Source: a virus
Lineage: Duplodnaviria > Caudoviricetes
Virus record (IMG/VR): IMGVR_UViG_3300044988_000216
Location: 1-32,469 of that record
Direction: 5' to 3' (one strand)
Length of the DNA: 32,469 bases
Shown here: one piece after another, positions 1 through 9,680 of the stretch
How the letters are laid out: each line of letters starts with the position of its first letter
Position numbering within the stretch: position 1 is the stretch's first letter
Translations under genes and position numbers: made by a program
The notes under the pieces: generated by a model
Told to the model about the DNA's origin: nothing
The model's database searches: none
The model's input: only the letters and a program-made list of their open reading frames with translations

Positions 1-127
1 GTGATTTCACTCACTTTGCCGGTTTTAACATTTTGAATTCGGATTTTTTCCATGATTCGTTTTTTTGTGTTATTTGTTTGGAATCCCAAAATTATGAATT
101 TTTTTGAATGGCCTCAATTTGTTGGGC
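1..127. repeat. Terminal direct repeat, left copy (circular assembly overlap)
   Basis: nt 1-127 are identical to 32343-32469; 127 nt is a common assembler k-mer; genes read through the junction. Confidence 0.95.
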
Positions 128-292
128 CGTTAACAATGAAATGAACCATTCATCACCCTCCGGGTTTGGTTCATCGGTTGTTAATGCATCATCCTCAATG
201 ATTTTTTTGATTTTGGTTAATGAATCAATATCATTTGATGATGCCGCCGTTTCGGTTAATTCGGCCAATTCTTGCAATTGTTCAATTGTCAT
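92..292 (-). CDS. Small acidic hypothetical protein (66 aa), possible partner or immunity protein of the MuF C-terminal domain
   Basis: ATGA overlap with the upstream MuF stop; acidic composition; function inferred from position only. Confidence 0.7.
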   Translation of the reverse strand: MTIEQLQELAELTETAASSNDIDSLTKIKKIIEDDALTTDEPNPEGDEWFISLLTAQQIEAIQKNS

Positions 293-2061
293 TCGGCAAT
301 TTTTATTGTTTTTTTATCCACTCCGATTTTTTCCAAATATTCCTCAACAAAATCAAATATTTTGGGATAATCTTTTTTCAATCCCGGATTATCAAAAACA
401 TAATATGTTAATGATTCGGCCCAAAATTCCGATAAATTAGTTTTGCCATATTCGGTTGGTGCATCATTCAAATCAAATTTTTTTCGGTTGAATAATAATT
501 TGAATTCCGTTTTGTTTGGATCCTTTGCGTTTTGAATTAAATGATTTGATTCGTGAACAATTGTTGGTGCAATGTTTTGGTTTTTGTTTAATGTGTTTGA
601 TGCCATTCGAACACTCCAAAATTTAAACCCGTTTCCATTTGGGTTTTCGTATGCAACAACCTCCAAATAACCCTTGCGTGATGATGGCCTTGCAATAACG
701 TTTCGACCGGATTCCGTTACCTTTTGTGTGTAACCATTTTTTAATAATGAATCAACATCAACATTCATTGGAACCTTTTTGAATTCAATGAAATCACCGG
801 GTTTTATTTTTACATTCAAATATGAATTATCCTTTGCACAATTCCCGTTTGCCGTTTCACTTATTGTTCCAAAGGATGCAAATGGTTGGTTAAATTTTCT
901 TCTTAATTGTTTTCCGCCATTTTCGGTTGATTCCGATGGATTTCTCAATAATGTATAAACACCTTTTTTGTTTATTATTTCAACCGAACCATCATTCCCG
1001 GATAAAACATTTGTCATTTCATCAACCATTTTTTGTGATTGACTTGTTACAAACAAACGTTTTTGAATTGTTGAATTTCCAATGTTTCGTTCAATAACAA
1101 TTTGATTTTTTAAAACATCCTTTTTAACCTCATTGATTTGTGTTTGGGTTTTTTTCGTTTCCTCGGTTGCCTCGGTTGTTTGTTCCTTTTGCAATCGTTC
1201 ACGTTGGGATTTTGTCAATTTGAACGGAATGGCCCGGTGCCGACAATTATATCCACCACGAAACACCAAAAAATTATCCGGGTTGGTTCCGGGAATCATT
1301 CCGGTTCCATTATTGTTTGCCCATGCAATTTCGGATTGCATTTCCGATTTTTCCAAAATTCGTTTCCCAACCCATCGAACACATTGTGCCCGGGAATCAT
1401 CGATGATTGATCCAACATAACGGAATGCATCCAATCCAAATTCATCGGCAATGATTGCATTAATTTGCCCATCAAATTGGCCCAATGCATCCCGGGAAAT
1501 TTGTTTCACATATCGTGAATATAAACCATTCAATTCCGGTGTTCCAACAACGTATGCCGTTAAAAAATTTTCCAAATCGGAACGGGTTGCACCACCAACG
1601 ATGTTTCGGTAAATTCCTTGTTTAACCGGTTCGATGAAATTGGCATCAACACCGGCACCGGTTAAACCATCCAATGTTTGTTGCACAACACCACGTTGGA
1701 TGGGATTAATTAAATCCTCCAATTCCTTTTTTGATAATCCATTCAATTTGGAATGAACATCAACATTGAATTCCTTTATGGTATCGAAATCACGCAAAAA
1801 TTCCCGGATGGTTGCCGGCATTTTTGATTTTTGGATTGCATCAACGATTGTTTGGTTTATGGTGTTCACCAATTCAATGTTTGAATCATTGAATTCAATT
1901 TTGCCGCCGGAAACGTTGAATTTGTCGATCAATTTTTTGATATCGGCAAAAATCAATTTTTCGGTTGGCCCTAATTGATCCAACAATTTGGATTCGGCCG
2001 TTGAAATTGTCGAATCCTTTTTTTCAATGATATCAATTATTTGTTCGGTGAATTCGGCCAT
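289..2061 (-). CDS. MuF/SPP1 gp7-like minor head protein with C-terminal HExxH metallopeptidase-like extension
   Basis: Directly after portal; 'YVGSIIDDSRAQC...GGYNCRH' MuF-type motif; C-terminal 'IVHESNH...YGKTNLSEFWAE'. Confidence 0.8.
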   Translation of the reverse strand: MAEFTEQIIDIIEKKDSTISTAESKLLDQLGPTEKLIFADIKKLIDKFNVSGGKIEFNDSNIELVNTINQTIVDAIQKSKMPATIREFLRDFDTIKEFNVDVHSKLNGLSKKELEDLINPIQRGVVQQTLDGLTGAGVDANFIEPVKQGIYRNIVGGATRSDLENFLTAYVVGTPELNGLYSRYVKQISRDALGQFDGQINAIIADEFGLDAFRYVGSIIDDSRAQCVRWVGKRILEKSEMQSEIAWANNNGTGMIPGTNPDNFLVFRGGYNCRHRAIPFKLTKSQRERLQKEQTTEATEETKKTQTQINEVKKDVLKNQIVIERNIGNSTIQKRLFVTSQSQKMVDEMTNVLSGNDGSVEIINKKGVYTLLRNPSESTENGGKQLRRKFNQPFASFGTISETANGNCAKDNSYLNVKIKPGDFIEFKKVPMNVDVDSLLKNGYTQKVTESGRNVIARPSSRKGYLEVVAYENPNGNGFKFWSVRMASNTLNKNQNIAPTIVHESNHLIQNAKDPNKTEFKLLFNRKKFDLNDAPTEYGKTNLSEFWAESLTYYVFDNPGLKKDYPKIFDFVEEYLEKIGVDKKTIKIAE

Positions 2062-2064
2062 TTA

Positions 2065-3978
2065 TCAAACGTTTGTTCCCGGTTCAATCGGTTTTGGTGT
2101 TCCCAAAATTTTCCGGGCCGTTTCCACATCAATCCCATAAATCACATTCAACAATTCAATTGCCGCCGCAAAATCGGTTATTCCATTGGCAACCGATTGT
2201 TGAATTTGCAAAATACCTTGCACACCACCAACCGATCCTTTCAAATTGGCTTGGGCCTCGGCTTGGGTACGTTGGAATTCGGGATCAACCGTTGGTGCAT
2301 CGATGTTGATGATGGTTTTGGGCACATATTTTTCAATGATCGGTGCCATTGCATCATCCAATGCCAAAAACAATTCCGGCAATGGTTTTTCCAAAAACTC
2401 CGTTCCGTTCAATGCCACCAAATTTGTTAATGTTCTGTATGCATACAATGAACGGATTAAATCGGCCTTTTGAATTGTTCCGGATGCCAACAACATTTGT
2501 TTATCGGTTGTTTTGATGTTGAACAATGGATCATAGGAAACCAATGTTTCAACCATTCGTGTAACCGATTTGTTGCCGGAAAAACGTTTCCGGGCCAAAT
2601 CCTTGGTTGATTCAACCAAAAATGCAACCGGTGCATTTTTATCACTCAACGTTGTGATTTCGGCAATCAAATCCGATTCCGTTTTCATCGAAAATGAAAT
2701 TGGTTTCACAATCACCGGTGCAACCGGTTCGATCACGTTTCGATATGCCTCAATGAACAACAATGATTTGTAGATTATTTCATCAAATATGTTGTTCGAA
2801 ATTTTGGTTAATTGGGAAAACGAATCCTCACGATCAATTTGTTTTGCAACCCCGGATTGTGATTCATCGATCACGTTTAAATGCAATGATTGTTCGGCCT
2901 TTTTTAATAATGTTTCCCATGCATTGCCCGAATATTCGATGATATCCACGGCCGGTGATATGAACCTCAACATTGGTTCGGATGAATTATCACCACCCAT
3001 TGCATTGTTTCCCTTTTCACGCATGAAAACACCGAATGGTGAACGTGAAATCACTTTGCCGGTGCCCTTGCAATTGCCACAACGTTCATGTTCATCGTTT
3101 TCCGAATTGTAAACAACACCATCCCGGCAACCCTTTGCCGAACATGTTTCGGCCATTTCCTCACGATATGGGAACGCCGATGTTGTCATTACCGCCGTCC
3201 AATCGGAATATTGCCGGATTGCCTCATTGGCAAATGGAATGAATGCCGAAAAATACGAATCGAAAAAATTTTCATCGGTGTAATCACCACCCAAAATCAC
3301 GGCCGGAACGGAACCAATGTTGTGTTCATAAATCAACACGGTTTCAAATTTCCGATCATGTTTTTGCCCGAATTGAATGTGTTTGTAATATCCGGAATCG
3401 GTTAATGTGTAATAAATTGAACCGGATTGATCCAATTTGCCATTCACCCGAACCATTGATTTTTCATCCTCCGATTCCCATGTTATGATGCCATGATCCA
3501 AAATTTTAATTTCATCACTCATAATCAACACCGGTTGCACATCAACTTTGATTGCCGGGTTGATTAAACCATCACCAACGGGAATCCAAACCAAATAACC
3601 GTTCGGATCTTCGATCATCCTCCGAACAACATATTTTTGGATGTATGAATAAAAATATTGCCCATCGAATTTTTGTTCACTCAAATATGTGTTCAATTCA
3701 TCCGAAACGGAAATTGAAAAATTGGCACCTTGGAAAATCCGGAACAATTTATCAATGGCACGATTCATCGAACCTTTTGTGATTGGTTCATAAATCGATA
3801 ATCGATATTTTTTCACATCCTCATCCTCATTTGGCCGCCGCCGGGTTAAAATTTCCCCGGGATTTTTTCCACGTGTATGGATGAACATGTTATCCCGAAC
3901 CCGGTTCCAATGCTCATAATTTTTGGGCCGATATTGTTCATTGGCCAACAATGATGGTATTTCCTCAATCGATATCAT
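2065..3978 (-). CDS. Portal protein with inserted four-Cys zinc-finger-like segment
   Basis: 637 aa, upstream of MuF, scaffold and capsid; 'QSGVAKQID' resembles the SPP1-type portal SGxA motif; 'CSAKGC...CGNCKGTG' insert. Confidence 0.75.
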   Translation of the reverse strand: MISIEEIPSLLANEQYRPKNYEHWNRVRDNMFIHTRGKNPGEILTRRRPNEDEDVKKYRLSIYEPITKGSMNRAIDKLFRIFQGANFSISVSDELNTYLSEQKFDGQYFYSYIQKYVVRRMIEDPNGYLVWIPVGDGLINPAIKVDVQPVLIMSDEIKILDHGIITWESEDEKSMVRVNGKLDQSGSIYYTLTDSGYYKHIQFGQKHDRKFETVLIYEHNIGSVPAVILGGDYTDENFFDSYFSAFIPFANEAIRQYSDWTAVMTTSAFPYREEMAETCSAKGCRDGVVYNSENDEHERCGNCKGTGKVISRSPFGVFMREKGNNAMGGDNSSEPMLRFISPAVDIIEYSGNAWETLLKKAEQSLHLNVIDESQSGVAKQIDREDSFSQLTKISNNIFDEIIYKSLLFIEAYRNVIEPVAPVIVKPISFSMKTESDLIAEITTLSDKNAPVAFLVESTKDLARKRFSGNKSVTRMVETLVSYDPLFNIKTTDKQMLLASGTIQKADLIRSLYAYRTLTNLVALNGTEFLEKPLPELFLALDDAMAPIIEKYVPKTIINIDAPTVDPEFQRTQAEAQANLKGSVGGVQGILQIQQSVANGITDFAAAIELLNVIYGIDVETARKILGTPKPIEPGTNV

Positions 3979-3979
3979 T

Positions 3980-5065
3980 TCAACATGTTAAATTTTTGGA
4001 ACAATCACAATATTCAAATTGCAAATCGGCACACCACAATGAACCGGTTTCGTTGTTTTTGGGGAATTCACCTTGGAATTGATATTCACGGCCATTGATG
4101 TAAACATCGGCACCGGCAATGATGGTTGCCAATAAACGGGCAAACCTCAACGGCATTGGCATCGTTCGCAACAACCATGTTTCACACAATTCCATTCCGG
4201 TTGTTTTCCGGGATGATTCAATCACGTTTTTGGTGATGGTGAAATTGGTTGGTTCAAAATATCCGGGAACCCGGATTTGATTTGAAAATTGGAATGGTGT
4301 TCCGGCTTGAATATCGTTCCAATCCGATCCGAAATATTGGCCAAAACAATCCGTTGATGAATAACGTGAATCGATCAACACCGATTTTGGTTTTTCCAAA
4401 CATGTTTCCAACCGGAAATTTTCGGTGCAAAAACAATCAACGTTGTTGAAATTGATTGGATATGGGATTGGCAATTGGTTTTTTGAAAAACAAAATTTGA
4501 AATAAAAACATGGATCATCACCCAATGAAATCATGTGTTCGGCAATTGCACCCAAATCGAATTGGATTTGTTGGATTTGGTTTTCCGATAATGTGCCGGC
4601 ATAATTGGCCAAATTGAATGTGCCCACAAACGATCCAACAACAAAATCATTGAACAATGCCGAATCAACAAAAACCAATGAATCATCACAACATTTTCGG
4701 ATTTCGAAATATGCAAACGGATCGGTTGTGATCAATGTTCCATTTGATGCCCAACCCGTGTTTGATGATGTTGCATTCGGTTGTTGGAATTGGAATGTGT
4801 ACAAATCACCGGATTGAAATTGATAACAAAACGGCAAATCATTCCCACACAAATCATTGTTCCATGTATCGGAACATTCACACAAAACCAATCCATTGTT
4901 TACAATTGTTCGTGAACAATCTTCATTGGTTCCACAAAACACGTTTATTTCATTGCAAAACAAACGAACCAATGGATCGGGTTTTGGGCTGCAATCAACC
5001 GATAAATCACAAAATGTTTGTGCCGGGTTGGTTGGGTTGATGTACGAATCGAATAAATATCCCAT
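3980..5065 (-). CDS. Cys-rich putative tail/structural protein (361 aa)
   Basis: Tightly packed after the tail-tip genes; about 22 Cys by hand count. Confidence 0.6.
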   Translation of the reverse strand: MGYLFDSYINPTNPAQTFCDLSVDCSPKPDPLVRLFCNEINVFCGTNEDCSRTIVNNGLVLCECSDTWNNDLCGNDLPFCYQFQSGDLYTFQFQQPNATSSNTGWASNGTLITTDPFAYFEIRKCCDDSLVFVDSALFNDFVVGSFVGTFNLANYAGTLSENQIQQIQFDLGAIAEHMISLGDDPCFYFKFCFSKNQLPIPYPINFNNVDCFCTENFRLETCLEKPKSVLIDSRYSSTDCFGQYFGSDWNDIQAGTPFQFSNQIRVPGYFEPTNFTITKNVIESSRKTTGMELCETWLLRTMPMPLRFARLLATIIAGADVYINGREYQFQGEFPKNNETGSLWCADLQFEYCDCSKNLTC

Positions 5066-5067
5066 GT

Positions 5068-7899
5068 TTACAAAATGGATTCACTCCAATATCCACATAA
5101 CAAATATAAACCATTTGCCAACGAATTTGAATCCAAAATTGCCGTTGCACAATATGAACCACCACCAACGGCACTGAATGATGAATCCAACGAAACAACA
5201 TTCAACAATTGAGGAAATCCATTTGGTGATGGTTGGTTTTCCGATTCCCGGATTGTGATTTGGTTTCCATCCGGTGATGGTTCGGCAAAAAATATGAATT
5301 CACCGGATTGGTTGGCACAATATGTTACACGCAACGATTGAAAATCGGATGGGCAAAACGGGCCGGTTATGTTCACCCATGATGTTCCGTTGAACCCTTG
5401 GAAAACCATTGATTCAATAATTGGTGGAAATCCCGAATTATCCGGTTCATTTTGGATTGCCAACACCTTGAATGATTTAACCAAATTGATTTGATATGGT
5501 GATCCAAACAAGGATGTGAAATCAAACGTTAAAATGTATTCATAATAAATTTCATCATCACGCCAATCGTTGGTTGCACCCAATGTTGCAATGTAACCGG
5601 CCGCCAATGCCCCAACCGGTGTTCGGTTCATGTAGGTTGCATTATTGGCAATGAAAACATCGGATGGATTGAATGCCGTTTGTTCCCATCCAACACGCCG
5701 AATGAATGATGTTTCAATTTCGGATGCCGGGCCGGTATCGGAAACAATCAAATTTGTGGTGTTGTTCCAATTTCCCGGGAAACCAACAACACGTGATGAT
5801 TGCAATTGATTGATCATCAAAAATGTTGTTTGGCCAACAACCGGGAAATCCAATGCACGTTTGTAAACGTTCAACCTCATTGTGGTAACATAATCCAACC
5901 AATCATTTGAATTTGGCCATTCGGAAATGCATGTTTTCAAATCCCCAACATTCCATGTTGTTTGATGCATTAATCGTTCCTTTGCCACGGGCCGGATGCA
6001 ATCACCGGTTGAATCCAAATAATATTGTTTCCATGTTGAATCAACATCCGGTTGGCATTCCTCACAACTAAATGTTGGTGTATTGGTAACCAACAAAGGA
6101 TCGGAAATGAATGTGTTAACCATGTTCACCGTTGAATAAACAATGGCCATGATTCGATATTGATGCCCCATCACAACATTGGTTCCAATGTATGCCGTGA
6201 TTTCGTAATTACCACCACCCAATGAAACAATTGATGATGGTGATTGCAAATTGTTGTTCAAAACTGAAATCCCCGGGATGGTTGTAATTATTGCCCGTGA
6301 TGAATCATAATTCGATAAAAAATCAACGGTGTTATCGGTTGTGGTTTCATCAAACAATTGAAAAATTGTTTTGTTATGAAAACCAACCGGAATGTTTATT
6401 GAAAATTTTACCTCCGTTTTTTGGATGGTTGACAAATTCAAAACCGGAACACCGGAACGTTCAAAAACGAATGCCGGGTTGATGAATTCGGATGGGCCAT
6501 TATACAACCCTTTGTTGTACCAACGGGCCGTGTATCGAACCGAAACGATATTCCAACAACGTGTTGGTTGTGTTGGAACCGTGTTTGGTGGAACAACAAC
6601 CAATGTGTTTGGATCGATTAAATAAAGCAACCCACACAACCGTTTGTTGATTTTGTAAACCGATGGAAATGTGTTTTGATAAACGGCATTCAATGCCGGA
6701 ATCACGGCATTTACATCCGTTCGCCTCCATTTCGGTGAATTGGAATGCAACAAATTGGTGATCCAATTATCAAAATCGTTGATCATGAAAAATGAAAAAC
6801 GAATTTTGAATGCATCCGGGCCAACATATTCAAATTCACATTCCCAATTCAATTGATTCAAAACATTCACGCCGGCCCCAACCAATGGCATCGATTGCGG
6901 CCCGGAATCCAATGAATTGTATTGATAATAAAATGCAACCGGTGGTGGATTATTAATGGAACCGGTTGGATATAATGAACCGAAATCACAATTGTTTGAA
7001 AACAACCACGGATTGAAATAAAATTCCATGTTATCCGATAACCCGGTTGGATAATTGAATTGATATTCAACAATCTTTTTTTCACCAACGGCCGCCAAAT
7101 CAAAAATGGTTGCATCATTACAATTTAATACAACATCATCCATTGCCTTGGCATCCTCCGATTCGGTTATTATGGTAATGCTTTCACAACACAAACATTC
7201 ATCACATGGCCCGGCACATGGTGAACCATCACGATTTGTTGATTGGCCCGTTACGGTGATTGGAATAATGATTCCATCACAAATTTCAATGTTTATTGTG
7301 CAATTCAATTGTTGGCATTCAAATTCCGGTTCCCACGTGATGAATGTGCAATCCGTATCCAATCCACCCGGATCAACATTCAAAACACTTGGTGATGGTT
7401 TAACGCCAATTCCACAATCGGAAACATCAATTGTGAATTTTGTTTGGCACAATGTCGCATTTGATGTGATGCAAATTGTTTGTGGTGATGATGTTGTGCC
7501 AATTGGAACGATTCCAAAATCAATTGCCGAAACATCAACCGTTCCGGCCGGTGCCGGGCCAAAATCAAATTGGTGATTTTCCAATCCATGTTCGGCCGAT
7601 GTGATCCCAATTATTAAAACATCAAAATCCTCCCCCGGATCGGCACAAATTGTTAATGTAAATTGAAAACCATCACCCGGATTTAATGATTGCGGCAATG
7701 GTGGAATTGAATTTAACACAACCGTGAATTCACCGGCCGCAAATGATGCCGTGATCCCGGTTAAACTCATTTTTTGATTGTTGATGTTCGTGATTATGCA
7801 CGTGATTTCGCAACAACATCCCGGATAAATCAAATTTGTAATTGCACCCGGTGTTCCGGTTTCACTTATGCAATTGTTAAATTCCCAACGGTTTGGCAT
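5068..7899 (-). CDS. Large Cys-rich tail protein or adhesin with N-terminal Ig-like beta-sandwich segments (943 aa)
   Basis: Downstream of tape measure; beta-rich; 'VDVSAIDFGIVPIGTTSSPQTICITS' resembles ASH/choice-of-anchor-D Ig-like domains; about 31 Cys. Confidence 0.6.
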   Translation of the reverse strand: MPNRWEFNNCISETGTPGAITNLIYPGCCCEITCIITNINNQKMSLTGITASFAAGEFTVVLNSIPPLPQSLNPGDGFQFTLTICADPGEDFDVLIIGITSAEHGLENHQFDFGPAPAGTVDVSAIDFGIVPIGTTSSPQTICITSNATLCQTKFTIDVSDCGIGVKPSPSVLNVDPGGLDTDCTFITWEPEFECQQLNCTINIEICDGIIIPITVTGQSTNRDGSPCAGPCDECLCCESITIITESEDAKAMDDVVLNCNDATIFDLAAVGEKKIVEYQFNYPTGLSDNMEFYFNPWLFSNNCDFGSLYPTGSINNPPPVAFYYQYNSLDSGPQSMPLVGAGVNVLNQLNWECEFEYVGPDAFKIRFSFFMINDFDNWITNLLHSNSPKWRRTDVNAVIPALNAVYQNTFPSVYKINKRLCGLLYLIDPNTLVVVPPNTVPTQPTRCWNIVSVRYTARWYNKGLYNGPSEFINPAFVFERSGVPVLNLSTIQKTEVKFSINIPVGFHNKTIFQLFDETTTDNTVDFLSNYDSSRAIITTIPGISVLNNNLQSPSSIVSLGGGNYEITAYIGTNVVMGHQYRIMAIVYSTVNMVNTFISDPLLVTNTPTFSCEECQPDVDSTWKQYYLDSTGDCIRPVAKERLMHQTTWNVGDLKTCISEWPNSNDWLDYVTTMRLNVYKRALDFPVVGQTTFLMINQLQSSRVVGFPGNWNNTTNLIVSDTGPASEIETSFIRRVGWEQTAFNPSDVFIANNATYMNRTPVGALAAGYIATLGATNDWRDDEIYYEYILTFDFTSLFGSPYQINLVKSFKVLAIQNEPDNSGFPPIIESMVFQGFNGTSWVNITGPFCPSDFQSLRVTYCANQSGEFIFFAEPSPDGNQITIRESENQPSPNGFPQLLNVVSLDSSFSAVGGGSYCATAILDSNSLANGLYLLCGYWSESIL

Positions 7900-7910
7900 A
7901 TTTTACAAAA

Positions 7911-9677
7911 TTATACAATCCCGGAAACGGCAATTGTTCGGTTAATGAAATTGATTTTTACCTCCTTAACACGGCCATAAACGATTGAACCGTTTTTCGG
8001 CAACCTTACAACCTTATTGAAATCGAAATCGGCCAATTGTTGGCACGAAAACGGAAATGAAAAATTGAAATTGAATTGTGTTGATCCCGGCAAACGTGGA
8101 TCATCGATGTAATGAAACAATGAATATAAATTGTTTGTGTTTCCCTCTTTAAACCAAAACGGATAATTGAACAAATCATCCGGATCGATGGTATTTCCAT
8201 CAACGATCACCGGGCCACCGGTGAATGATTCATCGAATTGATGAACGATTTTCCCGGAATCCATGTTTTGCCCATCCCAAATCAACAATTTGTAGTTAAA
8301 ACCACAATGGTTGTTCAACATCATTTGGTTTTCATCATTGGAAAAAATCCCATAGAAAAAAACATTGATCAAACCACCTTGGTAAAATGATAAAATATCA
8401 AAAATGGTTCCCTCACCATCAACATCATCACCCCGGAAACGGGCCATTGATAACGGCAAAATGTTTTGATATTGGCCGGATTGCGTGATGTTAAACGGGA
8501 TGTTCCATTCAACAATATCGTTGTATCTTAATTTGGCCTCATTTCCAATGATATCCAATGCATCCATCGAATATTCAAATCGGCCGAATGCCCATCGTTC
8601 ACGATCAATCCATGAATAACATATTTGGTTATCAATGATGTTGCCATTGTTCAACATTTGTTCGGCATCAATCCATGTTGTTGTGGATTGGAAAAAATCA
8701 CGCCGTTCAAAAATCAATGTGTTTCCAACAATTTGATAATCACCATTAAATGTTGGTTTCAAAACATTATCCAACAACGTTTGCAATGTTTCGATTGGTT
8801 TGTTTTGCTCAATCAAACCACCGGATGGAATCGAATTCAAAATCCCCTTTTCAACCGGTGAACTCCACAACAACGTGTTGAAATAAAGTGATGCCGGATC
8901 ATTCAAAATTGAGGATTGAAAATTCAAACCACACAAACCACATGTTGTTGAAATGTACGAACGCAACAACCCGGATGGATGTTTCCGGTTGCATGTATCA
9001 AAAAAACCAATCACATCATTCACCGAATCTTGCAACGAATCCAAAATGTTGGTTGGTGATAATTGGGCATCATCACAATCGGATTGTGTGCAATCGGTTA
9101 ATGGCAAAAAACAAACGATTGAACACAAAACAAAAAACAATCCGGATAACAACAAAATCAAAACCAAAAACGGCAATAAAACAAACGAAATGATGTTCCC
9201 AATCAATGCCAACAAAATCGAAATCACGATTTGAACGAATTTTGGCCGATGTTCAATGCAATATGGCACATCAACATAATCACGATCATTGATAAATGGT
9301 GAATTTTTTAATCGAACCACAATTGATTCAAGGCATGAATATGCATCATCGATTTCAACCACGTTTGCCGTAACCGAACACGCCGGTTCACACCAATCGA
9401 TTGCATCACCCCGAATATATCCCTCAAAAACCGGAACGGAACAACAATCATCATAAATTTTCACATCAACTTTTTTCCCGAATCCATTAACATCATCAAT
9501 CAATTGTGTTTTGATGATATTATATCCATCATCATAAAACGTTAATTCGGATGTAAATGAACGGGCCGTTTTGCCGGCATCATCCTCACGCCGCAATGTT
9601 ATTTCGAAATTGGAAACACCATCAACACGGCCGGTGATCAACGTGTTGTTGATTTTGATTTTCATTGATGAATTCAT
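7911..9677 (-). CDS. Putative tail tip/hub protein with internal hydrophobic hairpin (588 aa)
   Basis: Immediately after tape measure; about 45-aa uncharged hydrophobic stretch; about 16 Cys. Confidence 0.6.
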   Translation of the reverse strand: MNSSMKIKINNTLITGRVDGVSNFEITLRREDDAGKTARSFTSELTFYDDGYNIIKTQLIDDVNGFGKKVDVKIYDDCCSVPVFEGYIRGDAIDWCEPACSVTANVVEIDDAYSCLESIVVRLKNSPFINDRDYVDVPYCIEHRPKFVQIVISILLALIGNIISFVLLPFLVLILLLSGLFFVLCSIVCFLPLTDCTQSDCDDAQLSPTNILDSLQDSVNDVIGFFDTCNRKHPSGLLRSYISTTCGLCGLNFQSSILNDPASLYFNTLLWSSPVEKGILNSIPSGGLIEQNKPIETLQTLLDNVLKPTFNGDYQIVGNTLIFERRDFFQSTTTWIDAEQMLNNGNIIDNQICYSWIDRERWAFGRFEYSMDALDIIGNEAKLRYNDIVEWNIPFNITQSGQYQNILPLSMARFRGDDVDGEGTIFDILSFYQGGLINVFFYGIFSNDENQMMLNNHCGFNYKLLIWDGQNMDSGKIVHQFDESFTGGPVIVDGNTIDPDDLFNYPFWFKEGNTNNLYSLFHYIDDPRLPGSTQFNFNFSFPFSCQQLADFDFNKVVRLPKNGSIVYGRVKEVKINFINRTIAVSGIV

Positions 9678-9680
9678 GTT

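Noticed and set aside
1-127. Terminal repeat as a biological direct terminal repeat
   Set aside because: Exactly 127 nt and cuts through genes, typical of assembler overlap on a circular contig
3980-7899. Diversity-generating retroelement or invertible tail-fibre system
   Set aside because: No reverse transcriptase, invertase or template/variable repeat pair visible
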